Assembly (NCBI RefSeq): GCF_963506605.1
Contig: NC_083280.1
Coordinates: 10,168,001-10,232,000, forward strand
Source: Zootoca vivipara
Taxonomy: Eukaryota
Length of the DNA: 64,000 nucleotides
Direction: 5' to 3'
A program made the position numbers and the translations under genes. The notes under the pieces are model-generated. The model had not been told where the DNA came from and did not search any database. It saw nothing but the letters and a program-made list of their open reading frames with translations. Shown one piece after another: positions 1-10,930 of the stretch (its first letter is position 1; every line of letters begins with the position of its first letter).

Positions 1-1041
1 GACCAAAACTGATGTTTTCTCTCCCCCACTCCTCTAAATAGCTTTGTTACCCTCCTGCTCTCCAACCCCTGCAAATGCACCAACATTCAAATTTTGGTAT
101 GATACATTTGACTGACAACTTTTAAAAAAACCAAAACCCTCTGTAAGCACTTTCAAAAAGGGCTACAGAATGCTGAGCAAGACTGAAGGGTGCATTTCGT
201 GAACTGGAGAATGTTGTTATAACATCTGATGTGGATTCTTGACGCCACGCAGACCCTTGCTCCCGTTACTGGTAATTCCTGTCATCCGAAAAATGGGCGC
301 CTGCACCTGTTAGCAGATGAGACGCAACTGCACTGTTCTCAAAGGATTACGTAGTGGAAATAATAAGTCCAAAAGTGTTGCTTGCTTTGCTGTGTTATGG
401 CAGCCTTTCAGGCGGCAGTGAATGTTTTTGAGCCAACTTGCCCACCAAGCTCATGAATGTATGCCTTTATGACTGTTCCTCTTGTGCGACTGGTTGGATA
501 GGACAAACCCTGCATGGGAATGATCTGGTGCAGATATGGCACTTACGCCTCAAAGCAACATGCTTTGTTTCAATGATGGCAGCCACTGCCACTCATTAAA
601 TGTATGGAAACCAGACTGTGCCTACAGAAGGGATAATGAACAAGTGAAAGGGGCCATAGGCAATGGGGGCTGGTTGGTGCATATTGGGGTGCTGCCCCAC
701 CAACCTCAGTCTATTCTCAACTAGCCCCCACTTATTAACTATTGGGGCTAATATTAGAACCTGGTATATAAAAGTTTGGGATATTGCTCTTCTAGAGAAA
801 TTAACAGGCAAATTAAGAGTTACCAGGGGCCATTTCAGTTCACTTTTATTTCATTTGTAGGTAAACAGGAACACGGTCTAGAACCGCCTCTTGCTTATGA
901 GTAGATTTGGTTAATGAGTTACATATAGCATAAACTTGATGTTGTGATTATGTGGCCACCTTGCAGCCCTCAGAACCTGTGGATTTTGTGTTCTCTTACA
1001 TATGCTTCATAGTTTATTTTGTGTACGGATAAGGATGGTTG

Positions 1042-1364
1042 GGGTGGCGCTGTGGGTTAAACCACAGAGCCTAGGGCTTGCCGATCAGAAGGTCGGCGGT
1101 TCGAATCCCTGCGACAGGGTGAGCTCCCGTTGCTCGGTCCTTGCTCCTGCCAACCTAGCTGTTTGAAAGCACGTCAAAGTGCAAGTAGATAAAGTGCAAG
1201 ATACCTTCTGGCGGGAAGGTAAACGGCATTTCTGTTTGCTGCTCTGGTTTGCCAGAAGCGGCTTAGTCATGCTGTAAGCCGGCTCCCTCGGCCAGTAAAG
1301 TGAGATGAGCGCCGCAACCCCAGAGTCGTCCGCGACTGGACCTAATGGTCAGGGGTCCCTTTTC
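1042..1364 (+). mobile_element. Sauria SINE (tRNA-derived head, BovB-like tail), slightly 5'-truncated
   Basis: Starts GGTGGCGCTGTGGGTTAAACC, has B-box GGTTCGAATCCC, ends ...GACTGGACCTAATGGTCAGGGGTCCCTTT. Near-identical to the copy at 38998. Flanked by AAGGATGGTTG (1031-1041) and AAGGACGGTTG (1365-1375) as TSD. Confidence 0.9.
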
Positions 1365-2559
1365 AAGGACGGTTGCTGGTTTGACGATATCCTGGGGCTG
1401 AGAACTGTTTTGTAGATCCGAAAAGCTCATAAAAAGTATACCGAAACCAGGTGATGCCTGCAGAAGGGGTAGAGAACCAGCAGGAGGAGACCTCAACGTG
1501 GAGGAGGGTGGGGACAAAACCAGAGTTAGTTGACTCTGTCTGCCATTGGCTCCGGCTCCACCTACCGTTTGGTCTCCCCAACTTCTGCCCAATCATTCTC
1601 ATTGTTCAACAGCCGCCACTGGCCATACTGTAGGTATATCCAGGTAGGGTGCCTGGAGCCTTGGGGAGCTGCTGCCTATCAGGGTAGATTATACTGGTCT
1701 GACTTCCTAAGTTTCTAGGCCTCTGATGTTCTCTCAGAAAGCCTATCCAATCTCACTAGCCCCTGGAGAAGGGTAGACTTGTGACCCAGGCAGGGGAGCT
1801 GGCTGAGGGAAGCAGTGGTTGCCCGAGACTCGCAAAGCAAGTCTTGCAAAGCCCGAGACTGCCCTGCTTCGAACCCGGAGCAGATGCAAACAGACTGTCA
1901 GAAAATGATTGATCAACCTCGTGTGCAATTCACCCGACAGGGATCAGAAGGAGAAAAACTTCTGCAGAGCCACGTAATGTGAGTTAATGAAATCATATTT
2001 AACTAAGGGTGTGTATTTAGACTTGATCTTACCTTGGTGACTTAGCCATTAGTAGGAATTCATTGTTTACTTTCAGGATTCTTATCAGGACTTAGCCTGT
2101 ATTTGCACGTGATTCCTCCTCCTCCTCCAGCTCCCACCACCCCCTGCAAAAAAAAGGGGGGGAGGGAAGGAGAGAAGAAAGTAATAAATGAAAACACAGC
2201 ATGATCACGGCAGGCAGCTAAGCACAATTATCTAATCTGTTTAAAATGGTTATGATTTCTTTGCTGTTTGAAGCTGCTTCATAGTTCCCTCTTTAGGAAA
2301 AGTGATAAAAACCGTAGTCAAAGCGGAGCATCATGTTTGGCGAGTCCCCGCAAATGACAAAGGGGCATGGGAGGCAGGCTAGAAATTTAGAGGATGTTAT
2401 GACTTATGCAGACCAATTTGTCTACCCTTTGGGGTTTTGCCCTTCATTTGGATCTCCTAGATTCTAATGGGTCACAAAAACGGCAAAATCATAGAGAATT
2501 GTACCCTTCAAAGGAGGTTTTTGGGCAAATTTCTGCAACAGAGTTCTGCCTCTGGTGAG

Positions 2560-2957
2560 TGGAGATGGACAAATCTGTCACCTTTGGTTTCTTCTTAACT
2601 TCTTACTTCTCCCGACTTGAGTTTAACTGGCCACATTTCTGCACCAGTTTGTTTTTGAAACTTCTCATTAAAATTTGTTAGTATTTTGGTGTGAGTTTCT
2701 CCCATTTCCCCCATTGCAATAGCACTTTGTATTTCCCATTTTCACCAACTTGTGTACTTTTATGAACACTTTCCCTCCAGTATATATGCTGCTGCTTTTC
2801 GCAGGCACATTTTGGTTGGGGGACCTGCATCAGAAAGTTTGGAGTAGTTTGCGAATTTCAAAGGGCACCTGCATTTCAATCCACACATTGTTTCTGGAGG
2901 TGTGAATTAGGTAGGTTTGCATTGAAATGTGAACTAAATTGAATTCTTCTCCTCTCT
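2560..2957. mobile_element. Old interspersed repeat, unclassified; related copy in opposite orientation at ~20725-21400
   Basis: Segments such as AAATGTGAACTAAATTGAATTCTTCTCC and AAAGTTTGGAGTAGTTTGCGAATTTC match the reverse complement of GGGAGAAATTTAATTCAGTTTGCATTT and GAAATTCGCACTTCTCCAAATTTTG near 20730-20850. Confidence 0.55.
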
Positions 2958-3423
2958 ACCACTCACCCCAATCCTTACTGGCTACTAGCCAAGGTAGCTT
3001 TATGCAGCCCCTGGGATCAGAGGCAATATGCCAATGAAGACCAGTTTACTAGGGAGCTGCAGGAGGAAAAGCTGTGGTCTTCAGGCCCTGCCTGTGGACT
3101 TTCCATAGACAACCCTTTGACTGCTGAGTGAAATAGGGTAGGAGACTATGGGGGCCCATTGATCTGTCCCAGCAGGGTTCTTGTGGTCTTAAAACAGAAA
3201 TGTTGAATTTTTGGCAACTAAAGAGGCTTGGGGGAAATAGAAAAGTCTTCATCCAGTTCACCAGTCAAAGCTCCCTGGGGCAGAAATTCCACCAGAGAGG
3301 CACCACGATGCTTGCGGTGTAGGGCAACCCCCGGTGGCAACCAGCACCAATCAGAGGAGCACATTGCTGTCATGTGGCCAACCAAAAGACACTATATCAT
3401 GGGCTCCCTTAAAGGGGTTAGAG

Positions 3424-3550
3424 CAGGCATCCCCAAACTCAGCCCTCCAGATGTTTTGGGACTACAGTTCCCATCATCCCTGACCCTTAGCTAGGGATGA
3501 TGGGAGTTGTAGTCCCAAAACATTTGGAGGGCCGAGTTTGGGTATGTCTG
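3424..3550. mobile_element. hAT (Charlie/Buster-like) palindromic MITE
   Basis: Termini CAGGCATCCCCAAACTC / GAGTTTGGGTATGTCTG; nearly whole-length inverted repeat; perfect 8-bp TSD GGTTAGAG (3416-3423, 3551-3558). Confidence 0.9.
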
Positions 3551-3870
3551 GGTTAGAGAGTTGAATGGTTTTGTTATATATATAATTATAAGTGGTATAC
3601 AAATTCTTTTAAATAAATAAAGGAAATGAATAAGCCCAGGTAACATATTATGCTTATTAACAGGGTTCCATACAGCTCCCTGGCCAGGTTATAAAAATGC
3701 AAGTCTGCGGCCAGACCCCAAGTCAAGGGAGGGAAGCAGGGAAGGGGAAGTCTGAAGGTTCCCATGTTGTTAAGTGTGGGGGTAGCACACTTGTACAACC
3801 CCAGATCACAACACACACAGGGCCTGAGCCTCGGTATGTGTGACTAGCATGATGGAGCCGTACTGGTCCA

Positions 3871-4064
3871 CATAGGAACCAACTCCTAGGGCTGAGGTCC
3901 CTTCAAGGCCCCCAATAAAATATTTGAGGGGGCTGGGCTGTCCCAAAATTCATGAACATTGCCATTCATATGGTATGCATGCACCATGTATTGTGATCAC
4001 AAGGCAGGGTTTACCTGCCCTCCCCCCCCCCCCGGCAAATCTTTTATTCAAGTTGGCACCCTTG
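3871..4064. mobile_element. Non-autonomous hAT-like element; second copy at 51182-51388
   Basis: Termini CATAGGAACCAACT / AGTTGGCACCCTTG; imperfect TSD CTGGTCCA / CTGGCACA; colinear similarity with 51182-51388. Confidence 0.65.
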
Positions 4065-4991
4065 CTGGCACAGCAGCTGTTTTAAGTGCAGAAGGTTCAA
4101 CCCCCCAGCTTCTCCAAGTAGGGCTAGAAGGGACTCATGCCTTTAACCCTAGAGAGCTGCCAGTGTAGACAAGACTGAGCTATATGGACCAATGGTCTGA
4201 TCCATCAGTATTAGGCAGCATGCACAGAATTTCCCTCTGTTTTCTGCATCACCCACCCAATCTCAAGCAGGATCTCGATGAAGAGCTGGAAATTCTATGG
4301 AAATCCTGCTGGCAGCGGGGCTTTCGGACACAATTCTCATGGGTTTCATGTTGCCCGTCCTTTGTGCATGCTCAATTACACCTGAGTTTCATACTGAAGA
4401 GGCTCGCTCGTAAGTCTGTGGCTGGTCCCGAGAGAATTGTATGATCCTGTTTCTTTTGCTTGAAATGTCAGGGCAGTTGTGTTCATAGTTCACGTCTCCT
4501 TTGCTAACAAAACTCTTGGATGTGGAGTCGTGCGCTGCACAAACGATACAAACAAGAGTCCACGATGATACACACAAACACAGAGGATAAAGGAAACTCA
4601 AACACAAGGAACAGAATCTTTTCTCTGCCAACAATGAACGGACGGCCTGACCTATGCAAGGGGACATGTAGAGGAAAACACCAACGGATGGCTTAGGAAT
4701 ACAGACTCAACAGCAGAGTTTTGTTCATAACTTCTTGATTCTAACTCCTCCAAACACTTGAATTCTAAGCTTCATCCTCTTCAAGTTACTTTGAAATTCT
4801 GAGATGATTCTAATTTTTGTAGCCTAATCCAGCCAACGGTATGTCTTTCAGATGTGACACATACCTGGAATTCAATGTATATCTATAATCTGCTTTAGGT
4901 TTGCTTGGGTTTCCTGGCATCTTTCTGCAGTTGGAGAGGCATCAAATATGAAAACTCACAGACTGTCCCCTATCAAAGACAGCATATAGTG

Positions 4992-5362
4992 CATAGCTGC
5001 CAAGTACCCCATTTTCTCCGGGAAAACCCCGATTTTACTTACCTTTTCCCGGTGGTCCCCCATATCACTTCGTCTCCCGTTTTTCTCCGTTATTTTCTCC
5101 TGCTGGCGGCCTTTTTTTTTCCGATTTGCATAGACGTGACTTCCGGTGTTGGCGGCGGCCATTTTTTGTGCCCTTCCGGAGCGACACCGGAAGTTGCGTC
5201 GACGCACTTCCTGACATGCGCACAAGCGACTTTTGAAGCCGGCGGTGGCCATTTTTTGTGCCCATAGAAGGGCAAAGCGACATCGGAAGTTACGTCAACG
5301 CAACTTCCGGTGTCACATGGCTGCCAGTCCCAGATTCTGCAGTCCGGGACTTGGAAGGTAAG
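4992..5362. mobile_element. hAT-like non-autonomous element with ~90-bp internal repeats
   Basis: Termini CATAGCTGCCAAGT / ACTTGGAAGGTAAG, same left terminus as the 90-bp MITEs at 18982 and 56695; flanked by the direct repeat CATATAGTG (4983-4991, 5363-5371); CpG-rich interior. Confidence 0.8.
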
Positions 5363-7244
5363 CATATAGTGTGACATACCAAGTGTACTAAATACCATTG
5401 CATGCCATCTATCAAGCAATGTCAAATAAGTGGAATGATATACGTGTTTACTTGGAGGTAAGCCCCATGGAGTGTAAAGGGACCTAACTTCCCAGTTGAG
5501 TGAGAATAGGGCAACAGCTTAAATGTTATGATATGTTAGTTCTCAGCAAGCAGATGATAAACCATCAGCTTATGAAATAAAATATAACTATAAAATATTT
5601 TGTGAATGCCTGGCTAATATTTATTTCTTCATTTATTTCCCTTACCTTCCTAACCCGATCGCTCATCCCACTTGGGTTCCCAACCTGGCTATTCTCTGAG
5701 TATTTGAACACACAGATGCTATTGATCAGAATTCACAGAGGAGAACTATGGGGAACAAATCTGCTTCACTTCAAGTTGAAATACTTGAATAATGGGATGG
5801 TAGTCAACTGTGTTTTACTTAGAGTAGACCCATTGAAATGAATGTATGCGGTTACTGCCTCTGACTGTGGAGGCACAGCAGAGGCGTACTTACTGAACTC
5901 AAGGGAGCCTGCTTCAGAATAGGCATAGGATTGCACTCATAGCTCTTTGGGATCTTTCAGAATGATGTACAACAAGCAGCAGCAGCAGCAACAGCGAATA
6001 GAGCATACACTTCTGAAGGATCGCGATAACAAGGCAGAATGATGTTACCTGACAAAGAAAAAGATGGATATTGTCTTTAGGCAGACACGCCCTCGAGGGT
6101 GTTATCAGAAGATAAATCAAATGAATTGCGTGTGCCAGAAGCTGTCAATCACTGCCAGCGAAAATTCTACTGTTACTTGCCAAGTGAAATTCAGAAAGCC
6201 GGGGGAAAGAAGGGGCGGATATTCATGCCACCATGCTGAACACAGCTTGGAGTTTGAATCATCAGTGGTAATGCTTCTACATCGCCAGGGTTTGCCCTTG
6301 CTTAGCGGCAGTTCAGTATGCATTTTGTATTGTGTTTGTCTGCTTTTCTTGCTTGTTTTGGAAACTTTTTAATGGTTATTTTAATTGCACTGCTCGCCCC
6401 TTGAGGGACATCAGTGTACAAATGTATTAAATGGAATGAAATGAGCTGGAAGTTCACCTGTGCTGGGAAAGGGGGAGTGGCTCAGGAAGGCAGGTGTGTG
6501 AAGTGACAGGCAAATCAATCACACCCCCATATAATTGGCTTTTTTAAAGGAAAAATGTGAATAAATTGAAGATTCATCTCTTGGAGGTGGGCTCGCTGTG
6601 ATAACTGGAAGTGCAACCCCCATTTTCTGAGGCATATTCTTTTATCAAATTGTGTCGGTTACAGACAGGTGAGGCTGCGTTAATTTTGTGGTGCGTTTTT
6701 CAAACTTGTACTGAGGTAATCTAGATCCTGCTGTAAAAGCTGGATTCTGTGCACTGCAGAAATTCTGTGCACTGAAGAAATTATGCAGAATAGAGGACAC
6801 TTGCCTATTCATCTTTCCTTCGCATAACATATTCTGCTTCTGGGCATCATGAAGAGATGGAACAATGACCTTACAGAGAACGGAAACCCCACAGGGTGGT
6901 CTCAGAAATCCTAGAAGTCTTTTCAAGATGTGGACATTTTGCCATGCCCACCAGAGGTACCGCCTTGGGCTAAAGATGTGGTGGGGGTGGAGAGACACCA
7001 GGAGGAGACATGTCATCGGGAGGAAGCCTTCCCCAATGCTGTGCGGCTCCAATGGCCGTGGCTCCTCCTCTCTCATGCTCAGGAGGAGCCTCTCTTTGAT
7101 GCTGCACTGCGCTTGGCTCGGTGGTTCGGCCTTCTCTGCCCCCTCCCTATTGGGGGGCTGAGCCCCATGCTAAGGAACATTGAGGGCCCTGACACCTCTA
7201 CCCCCCGAGAGTTGGCGCACCTGATGCCCACATATTAGTTAAAG

Positions 7245-7466
7245 CAGGGGTGCAGTAGCTTTTTCAGACCAGGGGCCTCATTCCTTTCTGAGCAGCCTCC
7301 CAGGGGCCACATGTGAGTGGTGGGCAGGGCCAAAGGAAAAGAGGGAGGACCAAAGGGTGTAAATTTCACCTTTGCACAGTAGGCTAGTTTATACCTGCAC
7401 TCAGATGCCCCTCTCTATCCTCCACCCAGGCAAGAAAGAGTGCCAAGGTGCATTCTAGCCAGGCAA

Positions 7467-7527
<61 letters not shown>

Positions 7528-7673
7528 GGTGCAAAGCAGGTTCAGTGAGACAAATAGCTTAGAAAAAGTGGGTGTGGCTAAGAAGGAGGTGTGGCCTGGG
7601 GAGAGTCGTGAGACCCAGGCAGAGAGGCCTGAAAGGTGGAATTTGGCTCCTGGGGCTCAGGTCACACACCTGG
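7245..7673. mobile_element. hAT (Charlie-like) non-autonomous element containing a (TA)n tract
   Basis: CAGGGG... start and ...CACACCTG end; TSD AGTTAAAG / GGTTAAAG (7/8). Confidence 0.7.
7471..7523. repeat. (TA)n microsatellite
   Basis: About 26 perfect AT units. Confidence 0.98.
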
Positions 7674-8829
7674 GGTTAAAGCCTATTTCTGCAGCCATAT
7701 GGGCTAGAAACCTATTTTCTAGAAACAAATAGGGTAGAAGCCAGGATCCTCAGGATGTTGCGTGTCAGATCCAGTGACAAATGCTGCACCTGCAGATTTC
7801 CTGTGGTTGCCAGTCCTGGCAAGAGCGGTTGTATGTCACTACCATGTCCTGTCAGTGAATGTTCCTGCAAATGACCTCCAATTGCTCGGTGTCTAAGGTT
7901 GAAATGCTGAGTCACTCACCCCATAAAGGCCACTGGTCTCACCCATTTATCCTGGCAAACTCGCACTAGAGATCTAACTTCAGCATCTATTTTATTTACA
8001 CATGCCCCCCCAATTTAGCCATCAAAGAGCCATTATCCGAGGCTAGTCAAACAAATTGTCAGGTCATTGATGTACCTGACTTTGTGGAACATCTGCGAAT
8101 GTGTATTTGGGAAGAGATACAAGCGCCTTTAGGAGTATTTTGAAGTTAGCTGGCAAATCAGCTACCCCAGTCAAAAGATATCTCCCATTACAGATGATAT
8201 AATGACTTTTGGTTTGCTTAAAGCCGAGGAAACATTGACACAGCGATTAAGAGGGGGGAGGGGGGAATAAGTTGTGAAGGGGCAAGGGGGGAAGGAACAG
8301 AGAGAGAGAGAAAGAGAGAGAGAGAGAGTTACTTTATACCACCTGAATTCTGGTTGTTCCTGGGGCCTAGACCCTCGTCTTATTTGAGGAAAGATTAGCT
8401 TGACAAATTGGATAAACATTTTATGCATGACAGGACGCTGATGGAGAGCCCGTTCTGCAAGCACACCTGTTGGTAGTTTGCTTAGCGTGTGACCAAGGTG
8501 TTCAGCTAGCCCTAAGTCCTCCCATGTTGCTGTGTTTACTGTTGGGCAGGTATGGGCAGATCCGAGCTCTAGGCCTTGGTAACAGTTGCTGCAATCTTTT
8601 GCCAGTGACTTTTTTAAAAAAAAAACAGCTCATTTTTAAAAACTAGACTGGGCCACAGAAGTTTTCATTTAAGGAGGACTGCTGTCCGATAAGCAGAGAA
8701 AATTGCAAATACAATAATACTCATAATGCAATGACATTTGCCACCTCCCAGGGGCCAGGGGGTTTGGCTGCTCGCATGTATATTATCCTCCTGAGAAGAC
8801 CTTTGCCGTTTGGCCATTCTGCTCAAGAG

Positions 8830-9163
8830 ACACTTAACAAAAGAACGATTCTGTAATTAATTTATGGGATTCACTGCCACAAGATGTGGTGATATCCACT
8901 AATTGGGACAGCTTTAAAAGGGGATTAAATAAGTAAAATGAGGAGCATAAAGCTATCCATGACTACCCCCTCATGATGGCTCCAGAATTTGAAGCATTAT
9001 CCTGCTGAATACTTGGAAAACACCAGTGTGACAAGGCTGTTGCTCTCATTTCTTCTCTGAATACTTCGCAGAGGCATCTGATTGGCCACTGTGGAGAAAA
9101 GGCTGCTGGTCTAGGTGGACCACTGCACTGTTTGGATCCATCGGGAATCTTCTTATATTCTTA
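8830..9163 (+). mobile_element. CR1-type LINE 3' end, degenerate
   Basis: AATTTATGGGATTCACTGCCACAAGATGTGGTG (LWdSLPQDVV-like ORF2 end), then CTTTAAAAGGGGATTA and a TTCTTATATTCTTA tail; reverse-complement similarity to 36955-37395. Confidence 0.65.
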
Positions 9164-10559
9164 CAGACTGGATGGAGTGGTTTCAGTGATTTATTTGAGT
9201 GACTTTGATGGTGCTTTTCAAGATCATATCCTTCCAAAGAAATGCTCTCCCTATGGAGTTTTGCTCGGTGCCAACCAACTTTTTGGTTTAACATGTTGAG
9301 TTAAGGACCTTCCATGTTCACTCAAGCTCCAAAATGCTGGACAATTACATCTGTCAAGGGTCACACCCTTCACAGATGCATTAATTAGACACTCGTGATA
9401 TGATAGGATGTACTGTGGCTAATTCTACCTTCCCTGCTACCTTGAAGCTGGACAGAAGTCGGTGTAAGAGTGGTGGACCTTAATCCCAGATTTTTCTATT
9501 CACTGTCATACATACATACTTACCTGCAGTCCGTGCAACTGAAGCTATTGTTTATTTACGTTAGCCCTAGTGATCGGAAAGTGCAAAAAGACTGTCCAGG
9601 CAAGAGCAGGGATGGGATGCTATCAAAAAGGTTCATCAGCTTTCAGAAGTAGTTGGCCTCTTACATCCTGGCCTCCGGGCATGATTAGGCACAGAGAGTT
9701 GTTCCTACAATGTAATCCCCCGACCTTGTGTTTCATTAGTTGAGTGTGCAGTCACTCAGTATTCTGCTGGGGGGATTTAAATTTGACTGAACCATTTTAC
9801 AGAGCTAGATTAGTTCTGCTTTTTAAGAAAAGGCACTGATTTTGTTGTGCTTTTTTGAAATTGCTTTTAATATTTATGTGGGAAAGTTTCCTGCTTGCAT
9901 TCCTGTATCTTTGAAAGATGAGCACAACTCAAGGCCAGGCACAATTTATATATTTAAATCTGGTAAACTCAAGTTGCCCACTTAGTATGAATCTGGCCTA
10001 TGCCATTGTAGTCCAAATGTTTCACAATGGGTCCGACGTATGGAAATATTCAGCCCATATGGAAATATTCAGCATGTCCTAGGAAATATTTCATGAATGG
10101 AGGGGAGGATTCAGTTGGTGTTGAGTTGTGCTCAGGGACTATTATGGACAAGTTAAATGGTAAGAACTGCTGAATAAAACAGAGAAATGCAAATCTGCTG
10201 TTGAGTCCCAAAATTCATGATTAAAATTTAGCACAGAGTGAAGCCACCTTTCAATGTTAAATCCCCTTTCAGAAAATTATTGGAAAGTCTGCAATTTCCC
10301 TTCAAGACTATATCCATGTTCATCCTTATCAACAGCCTGTGCTGTGAAATCCAGTCCTCAGATAATGAATGGGGGAGGTGTCAGCCATGCTGCACAAAGG
10401 GTAGACTCGTGGTGAACACATGGCTGCTTGCCTTTAAGGAAAAAATGTTTAAAAGTAGGGTAGACAGCATCCATAGAGGATATCACTCACCAAGAGGGGA
10501 CAGCAATGTTTTGACAAGAAAGGGATTTAAAAAGGGGGCAACCATGTGATAAGGTGCGG

Positions 10560-10659
10560 GGGTTGTTTTGTTCTTGTTCTTATTATGTACTTTGTGGTTT
10601 TATTCTGTAGTATCCTGTGAACAGCCGTGAGATCCTGAGATGAAGGGCTGTATATGAAA

Positions 10660-10694
<35 letters not shown>
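10560..10694 (+). mobile_element. L2-like LINE 3' end with (TAAA)n tail
   Basis: T-rich 3' UTR, GTGAACAGCCGTGAG...GGGCTGTATATGAAAT stem region, then (AAAT)n. Confidence 0.55.
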
Positions 10695-10712
10695 GTTTAA
10701 AACAGTGGCATA

Positions 10713-10930
10713 CAGTGGTACCTCTGGTTAAGAACTTAATTCATTCCAGAGGTCTGTTCTTAACCTGAAACTGTTCTTAACCTGAAGCACCACTTTAGCT
10801 AATGGGGCCTCCTGCTGCCGCCAGAGCACGATTTCTGTTCTCATCCTGAAGCAAAGTTCTTAACCTGAGGTACTATTTCTGGGTTAGTGCAGTTTGTAAC
10901 CTGAAGCGTTTGTAACCCGAGGTACCCCTG
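10713..10930. mobile_element. Tc1/mariner (Tigger/pogo-like) MITE, family A
   Basis: TIR CAGTGGTACCTC / GAGGTACCCCTG, TA on both sides; colinear with 44944 and 50700 copies. Confidence 0.9.
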
